NCBI GenBank assembly: GCA_951406725.2
Contig: OX597817.1
Span: 5,146,001-5,210,000, forward strand
Length of the DNA: 64,000 bases
Reading direction: 5' to 3'
Origin: Octopus vulgaris
Taxonomy: Eukaryota
A program made the translations under genes and the position numbers. Of the stretch, positions 14,901 to 27,560 are shown piece after piece; position 1 is the first letter of the stretch; every line of letters begins with the position of its first letter. Under the pieces are notes generated by a model. That model had not been told where the DNA came from and searched no databases. It saw only the letters and a list, made by a program, of their open reading frames with translations.

Positions 14901-16090
14901 CGTCGGTAACGAGTGGCAACGTCTACGTAGTCGCTCGATTCACTAAACCCGTCTCAAATCATACCTAAGTACTTTAAACAATGAAAGATATTTTGGTTCT
15001 GTTTTGTTTAGTTTTGCTTTGCTTTTCCATACACAACAGCAAATGCGATTATCAGTTGTCGAACATACATGTCTGCTCAATCAGAGGAACAGCATGCTGT
15101 ACCGTGCAATTTGCATTAAAAAATCTTTAGTATCAGATGGAAAGTTCAGATTCTTTTTCCCCCTTTTCAAAATATTTTAAATATTCCGAACATTTTTCTC
15201 TATAGTAAAATGCATTTTAGCATCGATGTTTGGTGAGAGAATACATTCAACCGCATTTTAATGCATTAGTGACAAATTTCTTTCGCCCCACACAGGTAAA
15301 ATATATAATGTTGACACCGACGTAATTCGAACTTAGAAGTATGTAACTAAATACTGCATATGTATAAGCCTTTGATTTAGCTACTCTGCTTTCCTATGTT
15401 TGTTCTTTTTTCTAAATTGACAATAAGATAATTCAATATTCATATTTGATTGTTAAAGATATCTTGTTTAGATATCTCATTTATTGTAAGATGACTTCAT
15501 TTTTCAATGATACAATAATAGCCAAAAAATTATATAATCTCTCATAAAAGAGAAAGTATTTGTCGTCACCTCATGCTGGCTTCTCCAACAGATCACTATC
15601 TCGTTAGAATGAATGTTATATCGTTCCCTATGATATATTGTAACTATCAATAGGGAATATACAATTTGTACAATTTAATAGGAACGCTAGTTTTATCAAA
15701 ACAGATAAGTTAAAATTAAAATATTATTATTTGAAATTTGCTTATGATATTCTCAAAAAAACTAGTAAAATATTACATTGATTCGAACAAACATTATTTT
15801 AGAAAATAAATTATCGTGTTTTTCAATGTTTGTATCTACATTGTAATTGCTTTTCATTTAACTATTAATAATTGTAAAAGGACACGAAGCTGACAAAGAC
15901 GCCTAGATGCCGTGCTAGATACAATACGCCACTCACTTTTATCTTAGTACGTCGTAGGTTCAAGTATCTGCAAATGGAGAATTTGCTTTCATTTAATAAA
16001 AGCTTAATAAATAAATGATATTTCTTCGCATTACATATCTCACGTGTGAAATTTGGTCATATATTTTAAAATCAAACTTGACCAAATTTC

Positions 16091-16505
16091 GGATCTTTTC
16101 GGTTTGAACGGCAGTTTTTAACATAATTTCCTCGTAACTAAAAACTTTTAAACTTCGTATACTGGTAGAATGTGTTTATAAAACATCTTTTCTCTTGGCT
16201 TTATTGAGAAAATTCTATAGTTTGTAAGATAATTGTTGTTTTTTTCTTCAATTTCTGCAATTTCAACCAATCAATGACGTCCATTGAGGTATTAAACATT
16301 ATGTGCCGTATGAATATGTCCCTCGTCTAAGAAACAGATTGGGTTTATTTACATTTGTGAAGAAAAAAGGATACCTTTTCCCCAACCCCTAACCCTAACT
16401 CTAAAACAGATTGAAATGCAATAGATCGATACTAGGGTCATAATTATGGGTGACAATTTCATATGACACCGCTAGAAAGAACTGCCGTTCAAATCGTAAA
16501 GATCC
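16091..16505 (+). mobile_element. MITE with GGATC..GATCC TIRs, 8-bp TSD and internal telomere-like repeats (Merlin-like)
   Basis: TIR GGATCTTTTCGGTTTGAACGGCAG; TSD CAAATTTC at 16083-16090 and 16506-16513; internal CCCTAACCCTAA. Confidence 0.85.
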
Positions 16506-16964
16506 CAAATTTCTTGGAAAGAGGCGGGTTTTTATTTTTTTTTTTGCAATTATGGCCATTCGATCAACCATTGTATGGTCATATGTCGCAGATAGTCGGT
16601 TGAAGAACCCTGTAATAACCATGGTTGCTGCGTTCCAGATATATACAGGTTTCCGAAAGATCTATTTCGATGTTACGATGACGATAACGACTGGAATACT
16701 TCTGTGCGATTGGACGGTAAATATATCCGACGTAGATTTGTTCGAAATACCTATATACCTTTTCCACACTGATATTTCTATCTTTTTGCCAATATATAAA
16801 CCAAGGTTCTTAGTTTCAATATGCAAACTAAGATTCTTGTTATCACGTTACTGATTCTCAAAAAAAGCGAGTTAATAATTGACATAAAACAATTGTTCTT
16901 ATATTTATGTCCGATGTATAAATTACTATGAACATGGCATGCGCATTAGCAAAAGAAAATATAT

Positions 16965-16993
16965 TAATTTGCATAGAGCGTCGTAATTTGCAT
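16965..16993. promoter_or_regulatory. paired octamer (POU) motifs, candidate enhancer
   Basis: TAATTTGCAT occurs twice (ATTTGCAT at 16967-16974 and 16986-16993) in sequence I do not recognise as repeat and that is rich in TAAT cores. Confidence 0.3.
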
Positions 16994-17979
16994 GGAGAGT
17001 TGTTAATGAAATTATTTTCAGAAAGAGCAATGGTGACAATTCATTTAATTTCCATCACTCATGAATTAACTGGAAATATGCAGAGGTTGACTGATTTAGT
17101 ATAAGCTTTGGCAGGCATTGTGACAACTGCGAGGTTGTATCTTTCTTGCTGGACTTAGTGGAGCAAAGACCACATTATCTGTTACTAAGATCTCAGAACG
17201 ACTAAAGGAATTATTTTATACCTCGTGTGTGTGACTCATATTTCGTCGAATAGGTAAATTAAATTAACAACCTAGATAATTATCGTACTCGTCTTTTATA
17301 TTTCATAAATATAGAGGTAAGAGCAAATTAACAAACATGAAGAGGTGAGATGGAGAAAATACTTAATTGAATTTATAACCCTAAATTATTCCTGAAACAG
17401 TCAAGAGAGGTGACTATTTCAATTTCAGTCAAATGAAATTAAATGGCGATATCCAGGGTATCGAGTGTACCCAATCACTTGCAGCGGCAGCTATCGACTC
17501 GTTTTAATATTATTAGGACTCCTCAGCAAAATGCAGTCTATACATTGCCTCCCAGATATCTTTGTCATTATATCTTCGTTGAGTTGCTTTTCATGTGTTT
17601 CTATCCGCTCGTATCTGCATGAGAACTTTGTATTTCTGTGCTTGTATGAGTGCGTGCATGTGTATGACTGGTTAGGGGCGGGAGTTCAGTGTATAATAAG
17701 CATTCATCACTACAAATCTAATTCCCTCTTACACATCCTATGAAACTTCATTTAGCCTATGCCACACAAGGATCAATAAAATTGCTGAATAATCGTTAGA
17801 ACATCATAAGGATGTGATTTTTGTGAAAACAGTAGGCTCTTTCCTTGGAAGTGGAAACACATGGTTCAATTTCTGATTCCTTTCTTAACATTTTAATCAA
17901 AATTTCTCATTGTAAACAGAATCAGCAATACACACGTGTGAAACTATAGGGGCATGTTTGTTTATTTAGGAGAAGGTAG

Positions 17980-18180
17980 CAAACTAGCACTCTCGTTACT
18001 GCGCCAAAAAAATACTGAACAAGGTAGCTTCCAGGTTTACGTTTGAGGTCAAATGCCGCCAAAGTCAACATCGCTTTCATCCCTTTCAGTGTTGATACAG
18101 TTAGTACCAGTTGAGCACTGTGGTCGATATAACTGACTTAATATTGTGCCCCAAATTTAAGTCCTTGTTACTATATTTAA
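17980..18180 (+). mobile_element. SINE family B, degraded
   Basis: GTCAAATGCCGCCAAAGTCAACATCGCTTTCATCCCTT..AGTACCAGTTGAGCACTG matches the family B body. Confidence 0.6.
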
Positions 18181-20037
18181 AAAAAATATCATTTGGGAGG
18201 ACTGCACATTTTAGATAGTTGTATAGGAAATAGACTAACGCTGTAGATTATTCTCCTTTCAAACTACTGTCTCACTTATAGAGGTTTGAACATTTTCAGA
18301 TAAAGGTTAGAAAAACAGGTATCGTCTTTCCATTGTTGTTCTTGCTAATGTTGTTGTTATTGTTGTATCTCTTTAGCCCTAAGCGACGCCGTTGAAGCAT
18401 AACATTGATGAATAGGATCGAAATCACGACCATGACACCTTCTTTCAGAAATGTGTAATCCAGAATTTATTACTCGATACATCTTATTTTAGGGAGATTT
18501 TTGGTTTGCTAACCCTTGCAATGCGAATAACCACGTACTGTCACTAGTTCCTGTAGATAATATATGCGAAACTCTTCCAAAATGCCGCCAAGTGCTATTG
18601 AATAGATATGTGAAAATATTGGTCATAGATGATGGCACAAAGGTGCCGAAGTTTAATACATAAAAGCTCGCCATTTCCCCATTGAAAGAAATATGTTTTG
18701 AAAAGAACTGCGCTATTTACTTCGTTAGAATAATCAAGAGTCGATAACAACGCATGATGAAAGGAACATTTTTTTTTTTTTAAGTATCTCCACAAATACA
18801 ACAGCTAGCCCTCACTGTACAATGGAATGTTTACGTAGCTTATGTGAATCTGGATGAAATGAATACTGTGTGATCCATTCGTTTGATCCCAAGAAACGAA
18901 TCCATATACGCACAAACACACACATACGTAAAACATGCAATCTCAAACACTCAAATACATGCATATACTCGTGGGATGCAAACTGTAATTAGAAGCTAAG
19001 ATTGCTATACATATTTAACCCTGTAACGCCTATTTTTAATCATTCCTGGCGCTTCAAATACCGTGCGTTTGTGGGAAGAAAACGAGAAAATTAAAAGCTT
19101 GGACGGGCTCAAAGGCCACTTTGCGTTTGAACAACATTATTGCATGCAAGCAATTATAATATATGACGTTTCCTGTAGAATCATTCATAACAGAATTATA
19201 CATACATAAATACATATTTAGATACACATATACATATATGTATGTATAGTAGTCATAGATAATTGTGTGTGTTCGTGCGTGTGTTATATGTGCGCGTGTG
19301 TGCGTGTATTATGTATGTATGTGTGTGTGAGCGCGTGTCTATCTTAGTGTGCGCGCTTGTATGTGTATAAATGCGGTCAGCCAGATCGAAAACAGGGCAC
19401 GTTCAAATCGTGCATAAAATATTGGTCGGCTAATTTCATTAAAGCCATTCCGCAAACAATATGGTTCATAGAATGTGAGTCAGAGTTTTGTGCTAGTATG
19501 AAGTCAATATATGGAGAAGGTATTTTTACACTAACTCCGTGTTTATGTATGCCGTAAAACAATATTCTTAAGGCAAATAATACAGAAACATTGGGAAATG
19601 CATACAAGCCACACATTACTCATAAGTACACAGAGTAAATAGTTACTCAAATACATACACACAAGTATGCATAGGAAACTTACGGTTAACGAGTATAGGA
19701 CGTTATTCATTGCACTCAAACGCGAGAACTTAAATTATTTAACGTAGAAGTTTCTTCACTAGATTAAAGCGAATCATGATAATTTCCTTCTAAAACATTA
19801 TTCTCCATGTTATTCTCTGTTTAAAAACATTATGGCTTATGCTTGAAGCATATATGTTCGCATTGTTCTTATTCACTTAATTTATTACTTGAATATTTTA
19901 CAGACCATACCCTTCTAAACTAATTATCCTCTCTGACAAACTAGCTATCCGATTTTCTATATATCACTCTCTACTTTCTCTCTCTCTCCCCCCTCTCTCT
20001 CACTCTAGCTCTCTTCTTCTCTCTTTCATTTTCTGTA

Positions 20038-20102
<65 letters not shown>

Positions 20103-20132
20103 TAGAAACGTTAAGAAACGCTAAATCCTTAG

Positions 20133-20600
20133 TCTATCATAGCAGCCTCTAATAAACAAACGCTTTCTCTCTACTATCAAATCTCACTCTATGACAACTC
20201 TGAATACACGAGCGCCCAACATGTTCACATCTCAAACATTGAATCTCATACGTTAGACCACAAACTCAACCCAACCTATCCTACTACCACTATCCAGAAT
20301 ACAACCACAAATTCCACTACCATTACAGATACAATAAAGAACGATAGTAATAATAACGATAATAGTAATAATAATACTAATAACTTAGACATTTCTACCC
20401 CCATATCTAACCTCTTCTCTGACAGTATTACTTCTTCCGATCCTAAAAATAAACCTCAAAATGTACCCACTTGTAACTACCGTCCTGTGTCCATTTGCCC
20501 CCTAGAAACCCATTGTAGATCTAATGTAATTTATAAATGCACTGTCCTCAACACGTTACACAATTCTACAGCTCTATACATAGGGTCAACCATAAATATG
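20133..20600 (+). mobile_element. Penelope-like element ORF fragment: RT-thumb linker, Cys knuckle and GIY-YIG endonuclease N-terminus
   Basis: Stop-free frame SIIAASNKQTL...PTCNYRPVSICPLETHCRSNVIYKCTV...LYIGST. VIY..YIG is the GIY-YIG signature, and the upstream C-x-(C)-x5-CP-x4-C knuckle resembles Naiad-type PLEs. Adjacent to a (TA)n array. Confidence 0.8.
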
Positions 20601-21237
20601 CCGCTAACATATCTCACATTTATTCATTTATTATCGTTGATAATAAAGTTGATTATGTTGATGGTGATGGCTAATGACACTTTTCTAGGTGAGCGTTCAG
20701 TTGAGAGAGATAGTCACATTATTTTGAATTTAGTTATCTTGTTATAACTACTTGAGATATAGCGGTAGGTTTACTTTTTGAGGCCTGTCTTAAAGTATTA
20801 CTATCAGCTTTACATACTTAATCTCGCTAAATAAATTCCATTTTGAGTTAATGAGGCCTATATCAAATAACGCCTCTTAATATGAGGATGTGCTGCGCAC
20901 TAAACCTTGCTGATTCTGATCACAAACACAAAGCGCATGTCAACAGTTCCTTGTAGGACTGCACCTTACCAAGAGATTTGTTTTGCTTAGTTTGCTATTT
21001 TTTCTATACTTCTCATATTAATTTTTTCCTAATTTGGGACTGTAAAGTCAATTATCTGGCACTTTCTATACTCTTTATGTACTACTACTATATCAGACCA
21101 TCTACCTTCTATTTCTCTGTCAGTCTGAATGTTAAAATCTCACAACATCGTATATTTCTTACTTTCTAGTACTTTACTAGGTTCGTGTTCATACCATTCA
21201 TCAGTATGTTGAAATTCCAGCTTTCTACATAGCTCCC

Positions 21238-21931
21238 TATACCGAATGTAGCTCTGCTATACTGAATATACTCAAACATCCACTTAACCATGAGTGTGGA
21301 ATCATGTCATACGCTTTCCTATAATCTGTCCATGTGATTGTTAGAGTTTCCCTTCTAACTTTTACTTCATGTAGAACTGCTTTGTCTATGTATAATAGAT
21401 CACGCATACTTCTAGCCTTCTTTCTGCAACATTTCTGTTCTCCCAGCAGCAAATACTGGTTCTCAAGATACTCGTAAATGCTTTCTTAATATTATTACCG
21501 TTAACAGCTTCCATATTAATGGTAAGCACGTGATTGATCTATAGTTGCTAGCTGTATTAACCTTGCTTTTATCTTTCATGATGAACATTGTCCTCCATCT
21601 ACTCCCCAATCTGGAATGATTCCTCTATTAATTCAATCCTGAAGTTATTCCGTCAGCCTCCCATGTAAACTACTAAATTTCTTTTTCGTCCTGGGCTCTT
21701 CAAATTCGGCATTTTTCCTCACACTTTACTCATTAATACACTAGTTAATCTTAGATCTGGTTGCTTCTTACTCACTACTTCTTCCCTCAAATTTTTATAC
21801 ATACTGCATCTCCATTATGATTGACTATCTTATCCCAAATATTACTCCAGAACTTTCTAACTCCTTCTCCATTAGGTATTTTCAGCTTCACTACTTCGTT
21901 CTCCACTATTTATTTGGTTATAAAATCCCCC

Positions 21932-21935
<4 letters not shown>
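21238..21935 (-). mobile_element. R4/Dong-clade non-LTR retrotransposon RT fragment (decayed)
   Basis: Translated motifs KFWSNIW, PNLKSPG, NYRSITCLPLIWKLLT, EQKCCRK and WTDYRKAYDMIPHSWL, with frameshifts; the 5' junction abuts a (TAA)n array. Confidence 0.85.
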
Positions 21936-21967
<32 letters not shown>

Positions 21968-21971
21968 CATC

Positions 21972-22024
<53 letters not shown>

Positions 22025-22041
22025 CGGCAGTAGTAGTAGTA
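21933..22041. repeat. compound (ATT)n/(GTA)n microsatellite
   Basis: Directly visible trinucleotide arrays. Confidence 0.95.
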
Positions 22042-22699
22042 TTTGCAGCAGTACTTTAATCGGCATAAGACATGATTTATCGAGGAACTCTCTAACAAAC
22101 AGAAACATTTTCACAGCCATGTCTGAATTGTACAACGTTAATATTCGACTAATATTTATTCTTTTACAATAAATTCGAATATACTTTGGCTGCTTCATGC
22201 TCTAAGCAGAAAACATGTTTTTACCGACATAACTGTCAAATTATCACGATCGTGGCATGTAAGTCATGTATTATATGTCGATATTTATTTTAGATCCTCC
22301 CAAAACAAAAATATTTACTTTACTGCGCGCCAAAAAATCTATGATGAATTGATAAGCTTAATAGCTTAGCAATAAAATAACAAATATGCATATTGCTCTA
22401 GTTCAGCCCTAATTGAAATCAAGATCAAAGGTGTGACGCTCACGTCCTTTTTGTATATGAACGGTTAAATCGCCTATGTCCTATATTTATGATACTGTGG
22501 TGTAGTTTGAAAAGAATTTAGTTACTATTTCTAGAAATTTAAGCGATTGCAACAGAGGGGCTTTCTCGTTGATCTTAACAACAACTACACCAACAGCTTT
22601 TACATCTTGCCGCACCATTCCATTCAAGAATCTGGTTGAAATCTGAAAAGAAACTTGTTAATGTAAACCTATTTCCAATATCAATATTATTAGTACTTT

Positions 22700-22850
22700 T
22701 GTTAGCACGCTGAGCACAGTGCTTAGCGGTATTTCGTCGGTCTTTACGTTCTGAGTTCAAATGATAGCAAGGTCAACTTTGCTTTTCACCCTTTCGAGGT
22801 AGATAAAATAAATGCAAGTTGAAAACTGAGGTCGATATAATCGAACTATT
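22700..22850 (+). mobile_element. SINE family B, partial
   Basis: GTTAGCACGC..GCTTAGCGGTATTTCGTC..TTCTGAGTTCAAAT..CTTTTCACCCTTTCGAGG. Confidence 0.7.
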
Positions 22851-23046
22851 TTTTCTTCGTTTTTATTTCCCTTCGTTTTTGATTTCTAGCCAAAACCAAC
22901 TGTTACGTCATTTTATTGCTGGACAAAGAGCCAGGCTTCCTTTGGATTATATATATATATATTTTTAATCTCTACGTGAATCTCTTTCGGGTTATATATA
23001 TTTTTGATTTTTGCCAGCAATATCTTCTTTAATATAAGGGTTAATA

Positions 23047-23445
23047 GGCGCAGGAGTGGCTGTGTGGTAAGGAGCTTGCTTACCAACCACACGGTTTCGT
23101 GCTCATTCCCACTGCATGGCACCTTGGGCAAGTGTCTTCTACTATAGCCTCGGGCCGACCAAAGCCTTGTGAGTGGATTTGGTCGACGGAAACTGAAAAG
23201 AAACCCGTCGTATATATGTATATATGTGTGTATGTGTGTATGTGTGTCTGCGTTTGTCCCCCCCCCCCGAAATCGCTTGACAACCGATGCTGGTGTGTTT
23301 ATGTCCCCGTAACTTAGCGGTTCGGCAAAAGAGACCGATGGAATACTTACCAAAAATAAGTCCTGGGGTCGATTTGCTCGACTAAAGGCTGTGCTCCAGC
23401 ATGGCCGCAGTCAAATAATTGAAACAAGTAAAAGAGTAAAAGAGT
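23047..23445 (+). mobile_element. tRNA-derived SINE, family A (full length)
   Basis: Head GGCGCAGGAGTGGCTGTGTGGTAAG, internal (TA/TG) tract and (GTAAAAGA)n tail; near-identical to 28937. Confidence 0.9.
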
Positions 23446-23689
23446 GAAAGTGAAGTCACAAGAATTGATAGACAAAGGACCAGAATGTCTGCGAGAATCA
23501 GGCCAAAATGAAATCCTGTATCTTGTCGCTGTTCTTGTTGATGTTGTTTAGCCCCAAGATCAAGTTGAGCAAGAAGAACGTCAATTAAAGACATTCCATT
23601 GGTAATTACCACGTCCTTTATTTATATTTCATGCATCATTAGGATTGTAGGATGTAGTTCGAAGGCGATTTGATTATTAATTCAAATTG

Positions 23690-23880
23690 TGAAAATTCTA
23701 TAGTTTGTAAGATATTTGCTGTTTTTATTCTTCAATTTCTGCAATTTCAACCAATCAATGACCGTCTATTCAGGTGAAAACATTCTGTGCCGCATGAATA
23801 TATCCCTCGTTTAAGAAACAGATTGGGTTTATTTACGTTTCTGAAGAAAAAAGGTACCCTTCCCCCACCCCTAACCCTAA
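23690..23880 (+). mobile_element. internal fragment of the GGATC MITE
   Basis: Matches 16205-16400, from GAAAATTCTATAGTTTGTAAG to CCCCACCCCTAACCCTAA. Confidence 0.8.
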
Positions 23881-23984
23881 GTAGAGGTTCTTTTGCTGAT
23901 TCGTATATTTCGTTCAAGCGTGGGGTGAACTAAAGATTAACGTAACCACCGTTAAAAAGAGGGATAAGTAGCGTGTAAGAATAT

Positions 23985-24465
23985 TGCTGCTTCGTTTCCG
24001 TAGTCGTAACCGTAGCCCTAACTTTCATCACCAGTGACGACCTTCGAAGAAAGGTCTGGTTCAATTTCTTTCAGTTCCTTCATTTCACGACACGCATTCC
24101 GTCCTGATTGCTTTTGATCTTCAGTGAGCAAGAGAGGCAGAAATTTTGCTGCAACTCTTTTTATTTACACTTCCTCGCTCAAAATTCATTGGCAAGAACT
24201 CCAGGACAACCCAATCATATCAACAAGTTCGTCAATTGCTCAGCGAGGTTTCTTGAAGAGCAGCTCATGAATTTTAGGGATGTTTTCATTCATTCGGGAC
24301 GTAGATAATTGCAACAACTGACCATTCCTAAAGCGTGAAAACCACTCGTAAACTTGTGCTCTGCTCCCTGTAAACTGTCTGAAGCATGACAACAGTTTCG
24401 GCCGCCATTTTCCTCAGCAGAAAACAGAATTTCACGGAAGTACACTTTTCCTTTGTTTTAGCCAT
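23985..24465 (-). pseudogene. mariner transposase N-terminal half, decayed
   Basis: Translation MAKTKEKCTSVKFCFLLRKMAAETVVML..QVYEWFSRFRNG..KRVAAKFLPLLLTEDQK..VVTGDES*GYGYD gives the HTH domain, the WVPHEL-equivalent linker and the first catalytic Asp (TGDE), with several stops. Confidence 0.9.
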
Positions 24466-24492
24466 CGCAAAAATCGACGAACAGGGGAGAAG

Positions 24493-24765
24493 GGATCTTT
24501 TCGGTTTGAACGGCAGATTTTAACATAATTTCTAGGTAACTAAAAACTTTTAAACTTCGTATACTGGTGGAATGTGTTTATAAAACATCTTTTTGTCTTG
24601 GCTTTATTGTGAAAATTCTATAGTTTGTAAGATATCCTTCCCCCACCCCTAACCCTAACCCTAAATTACATTGAAATGCAATAGATCGATACTAAGGTCA
24701 TAATTATGGGTGACAATTTCATATGACACCGCTAGAAAAAACTGCCGTTTAAACCGAAAAGATCC
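24493..24765 (+). mobile_element. GGATC MITE, internally deleted, inserted upstream of the mariner start codon
   Basis: Both TIRs present; 9-bp TSD GGGGAGAAG / GGGGTGAAG; retains CCCTAACCCTAACCCTAA. Confidence 0.85.
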
Positions 24766-24845
24766 GGGGTGAAGCACTACAAAACAATGACAAACCACGT
24801 GCCAGAGAGACAACAGAGGACAACACAGAGATAAACAGCCACAAC

Positions 24846-24882
<37 letters not shown>

Positions 24883-24959
24883 ACACACACGTACTAACAT
24901 TACAAATACATAGACACACACACACACAGACCTGCGCGCACGCACATACCCACACATAC

Positions 24960-25240
24960 CTCCTTCTCTTGCACTCTCCTGTCTTTGAAAGAACCTTTTC
25001 CTTCACCCATTCCCTTCCGGTCATTTCAATATGCGACCGCGTGTGTATCGTTGGCGATTTTCTTTCTCAGTCTTCCCTTCCTTGGACATTTCCTTTTTCT
25101 ATGTTTCTGAAGACGAGTTCCACTGGAAACGTTAAATAACCTCCTTCTTTCTTTCCTTTTCTGAGCGTCCAATAACACTATACTTGTTCCATGTCCTCGC
25201 GTTGTTGTGTGTTCTCTTTGTTCAGGTTTGGATTAACTAT
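24960..25240 (+). mobile_element. Penelope-like 3' end/pLTR with minimal hammerhead motif at 25103-25137
   Basis: GTTT-CTGAAGA-CGAG-TTCCA-CTG-GAAA-CG-TT-AAAT, with helix II damaged; ends in (TA)n; similar architecture to 43580-43760. Confidence 0.6.
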
Positions 25241-25312
25241 ATATATATATATATATATTGGAAGGTTTGGAGATGATGTGCAGGTATTATATATTAGAAG
25301 AAATGAGGTACT

Positions 25313-25592
25313 CAGAAGATCGGATGGTTTATATTTACAGATATTTATTTGTATATTACATTTTTATATATATCATATCACTTAGATCATTAGCGCTTTC
25401 TCCCATTCTAGTGTGGTTTTCAAATCAAACTAAGTTGGGGCGGTCGACTCCAGATGCCCGGCATACGCTTAGTTTGATTTGAAAACCCCACTAGAATGGA
25501 AGAAAGCGCTAATGATCTAAGTGATATGATATATATATAAAAAATGTAATATACAAATAAATATCTGTAAATATAAACCATCCGATCTTCTG
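25313..25592. repeat. long near-perfect inverted repeat (about 122-bp arms, about 33-nt spacer)
   Basis: CAGAAGATCGGATGG...CAAATCAAACTAAG [spacer] CTTAGTTTGATTTG...CCATCCGATCTTCTG with only a few mismatches. Confidence 0.95.
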
Positions 25593-25624
25593 GGTGGGTG
25601 TACCATTCTTATAAGACCTATTTT

Positions 25625-25683
<59 letters not shown>

Positions 25684-26174
25684 TAAATGAGTCTCTTTGT
25701 GAGTGTGCATATGTATGCATGTATATATGTATGAATGCATGCATACATGTGGCAGTGTTCTCATCCAATTGGCTAGTTTCTTTTCGAGTTTCTTCGATAA
25801 TATTTTTTTAATATGACTTAAAGATTTACTACTTTTCCCAAAAATTTCTTTCAAATTTTAGTTTCTGTTCACGTCTACCCACCCACCCCTTAATGTTTTC
25901 AATCTTTAATTATATCCTTTTTATATGTATGCTTAAAGAAAATCCAACTTCACAATTCTGCCATTTCTTTTTATTTATCTTTCAAAACTTTTTGAAACTA
26001 AATTAAATTTATGCAGAAACTTTTCAAAATTAAATTAAAATCATACACAATTTTGCGCACCCGCACAGTAACTGAGAAATAGCAGCTGCTTTCGTTTTCA
26101 GTGAGTTCAGACATGAATTATGAATTCGAAAATGCTTGTGACGGGGGTAAATTAAAAGAGTGCAGATGTTATTA

Positions 26175-26580
26175 GGCGGCGAGCTGGCAGAAACGTTAGC
26201 ACGCCGGGCGAAATGCCTAGAGGTATTTCGTCTGTCTTTGCGTTCTGAGTTCAAATTCCACCGAGGTCGACTTTTCCTTTCATCCTTTCGGGGTCGATTA
26301 AATAAGTACCAGTTACGCACTGGGGTTGATAGAATCGACTTAATTCGTTTGTCTGTCCTTGTTTGTTCCCTCTGTGTTTAGCCCCTTGTTGGTAGTAAAG
26401 AAATAGGTATTTCGTCTGCCGTTACGTTCTAAGTTCAAATTCCGCCGAGGTCGACTTTGCCTTTCATCCTTTCGGGGTCGATTAAATAAGTACCAGTTAC
26501 ACACTGGGGTCGATAGAATCGACTTAATCCGTTTGTCTGTCCTTGTTTTCCCCCTCTGTGTGTAGCCCCTTGAAATAAGA
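26175..26580 (+). mobile_element. SINE family B, tandem dimer
   Basis: Head GGCGGCGAGCTGGCAGAAACGTTAGC; the body GGTATTTCGTCTG...TAGCCCCTTG repeats at about 26222 and 26406. Confidence 0.9.
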
Positions 26581-26848
26581 AGCTATTAAAGAAAAAAATA
26601 ATTACGTTAACAAAAATTTTGCTAAAGCATTGTTAATTGTGAACTTGCTCTCCAGTAGATGTGTGTCAAGAGATGTGCTGTTATAAATTTTCTGTGCGAT
26701 TTATATTTGATTTTCTTTTCGTTTTTTTCATATATATTTTTAGCAAAGATGTATGACCTACGCATATACAAGACGATAGAAATTTTTCATAATCAATTTC
26801 ATCTTATGACATGAGCGCATGGGATTGTTCCCTGGGGTACTCACGGGA

Positions 26849-26890
26849 GCAGGGGTCACATGCTAATCTATGTATTGTGTGGTTTTGTAT
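26849..26890 (-). pseudogene. possible degenerate U6 snRNA fragment
   Basis: Reverse complement ATACAAAACCACACAATACATAGATTAGCATGTGACCCCTGC compared with U6 ATACTAAAATTGGAACGATACAGAGAAGATTAGCATGGCCCCTGC; the ACAGAGA box is damaged. Confidence 0.35.
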
Positions 26891-27506
26891 TTAGGATGTC
26901 CTTACTGCGCTGCTTTGCCATCGGGCCAACAGTTTTGCTAAGACAGCTCTGTTCATAATTTGTATTCACATATACTCACACACAGACACACAAATACAAA
27001 CACACAGAAACACGCACACAAGCTCAAACATGCACAGAAACACACATACGCACATACGTTCACGCACACGCGCACAAGCACGCGCACACACACACACACA
27101 AACACACTCACACACACCACAAACGCAAAAACAAAGCGACAAATCATTTCTTGCGGATGCGCGCAGTTTCGTTAACTTTTTTCATTTTTGAATTTGTAAA
27201 ATAATTTTGAAATTTTGAAAAATAAATGACAGAATTTAGATGTTTTTTTTTAAGACATCGTTTAAAAAGAAACAAGAAACATTTAGATAAATTCAAAAAT
27301 TAACAAATTAAAGTCAAAGAATTTTACAAAATTGAAATTTTAAAAAGTTTGAAAATCGTAAACTTTCAAACTTCTGTAGAATAAATCCGGAAAATAGTTA
27401 TAAAATTCCTATGTTATATGGTGTGTTTTGATAGACAAACAGACAGACAGATAGACAGACAGACATATAAATAGATAGCTAGACAGACAGACAGACATAT
27501 AAATAA

Positions 27507-27560
<54 letters not shown>

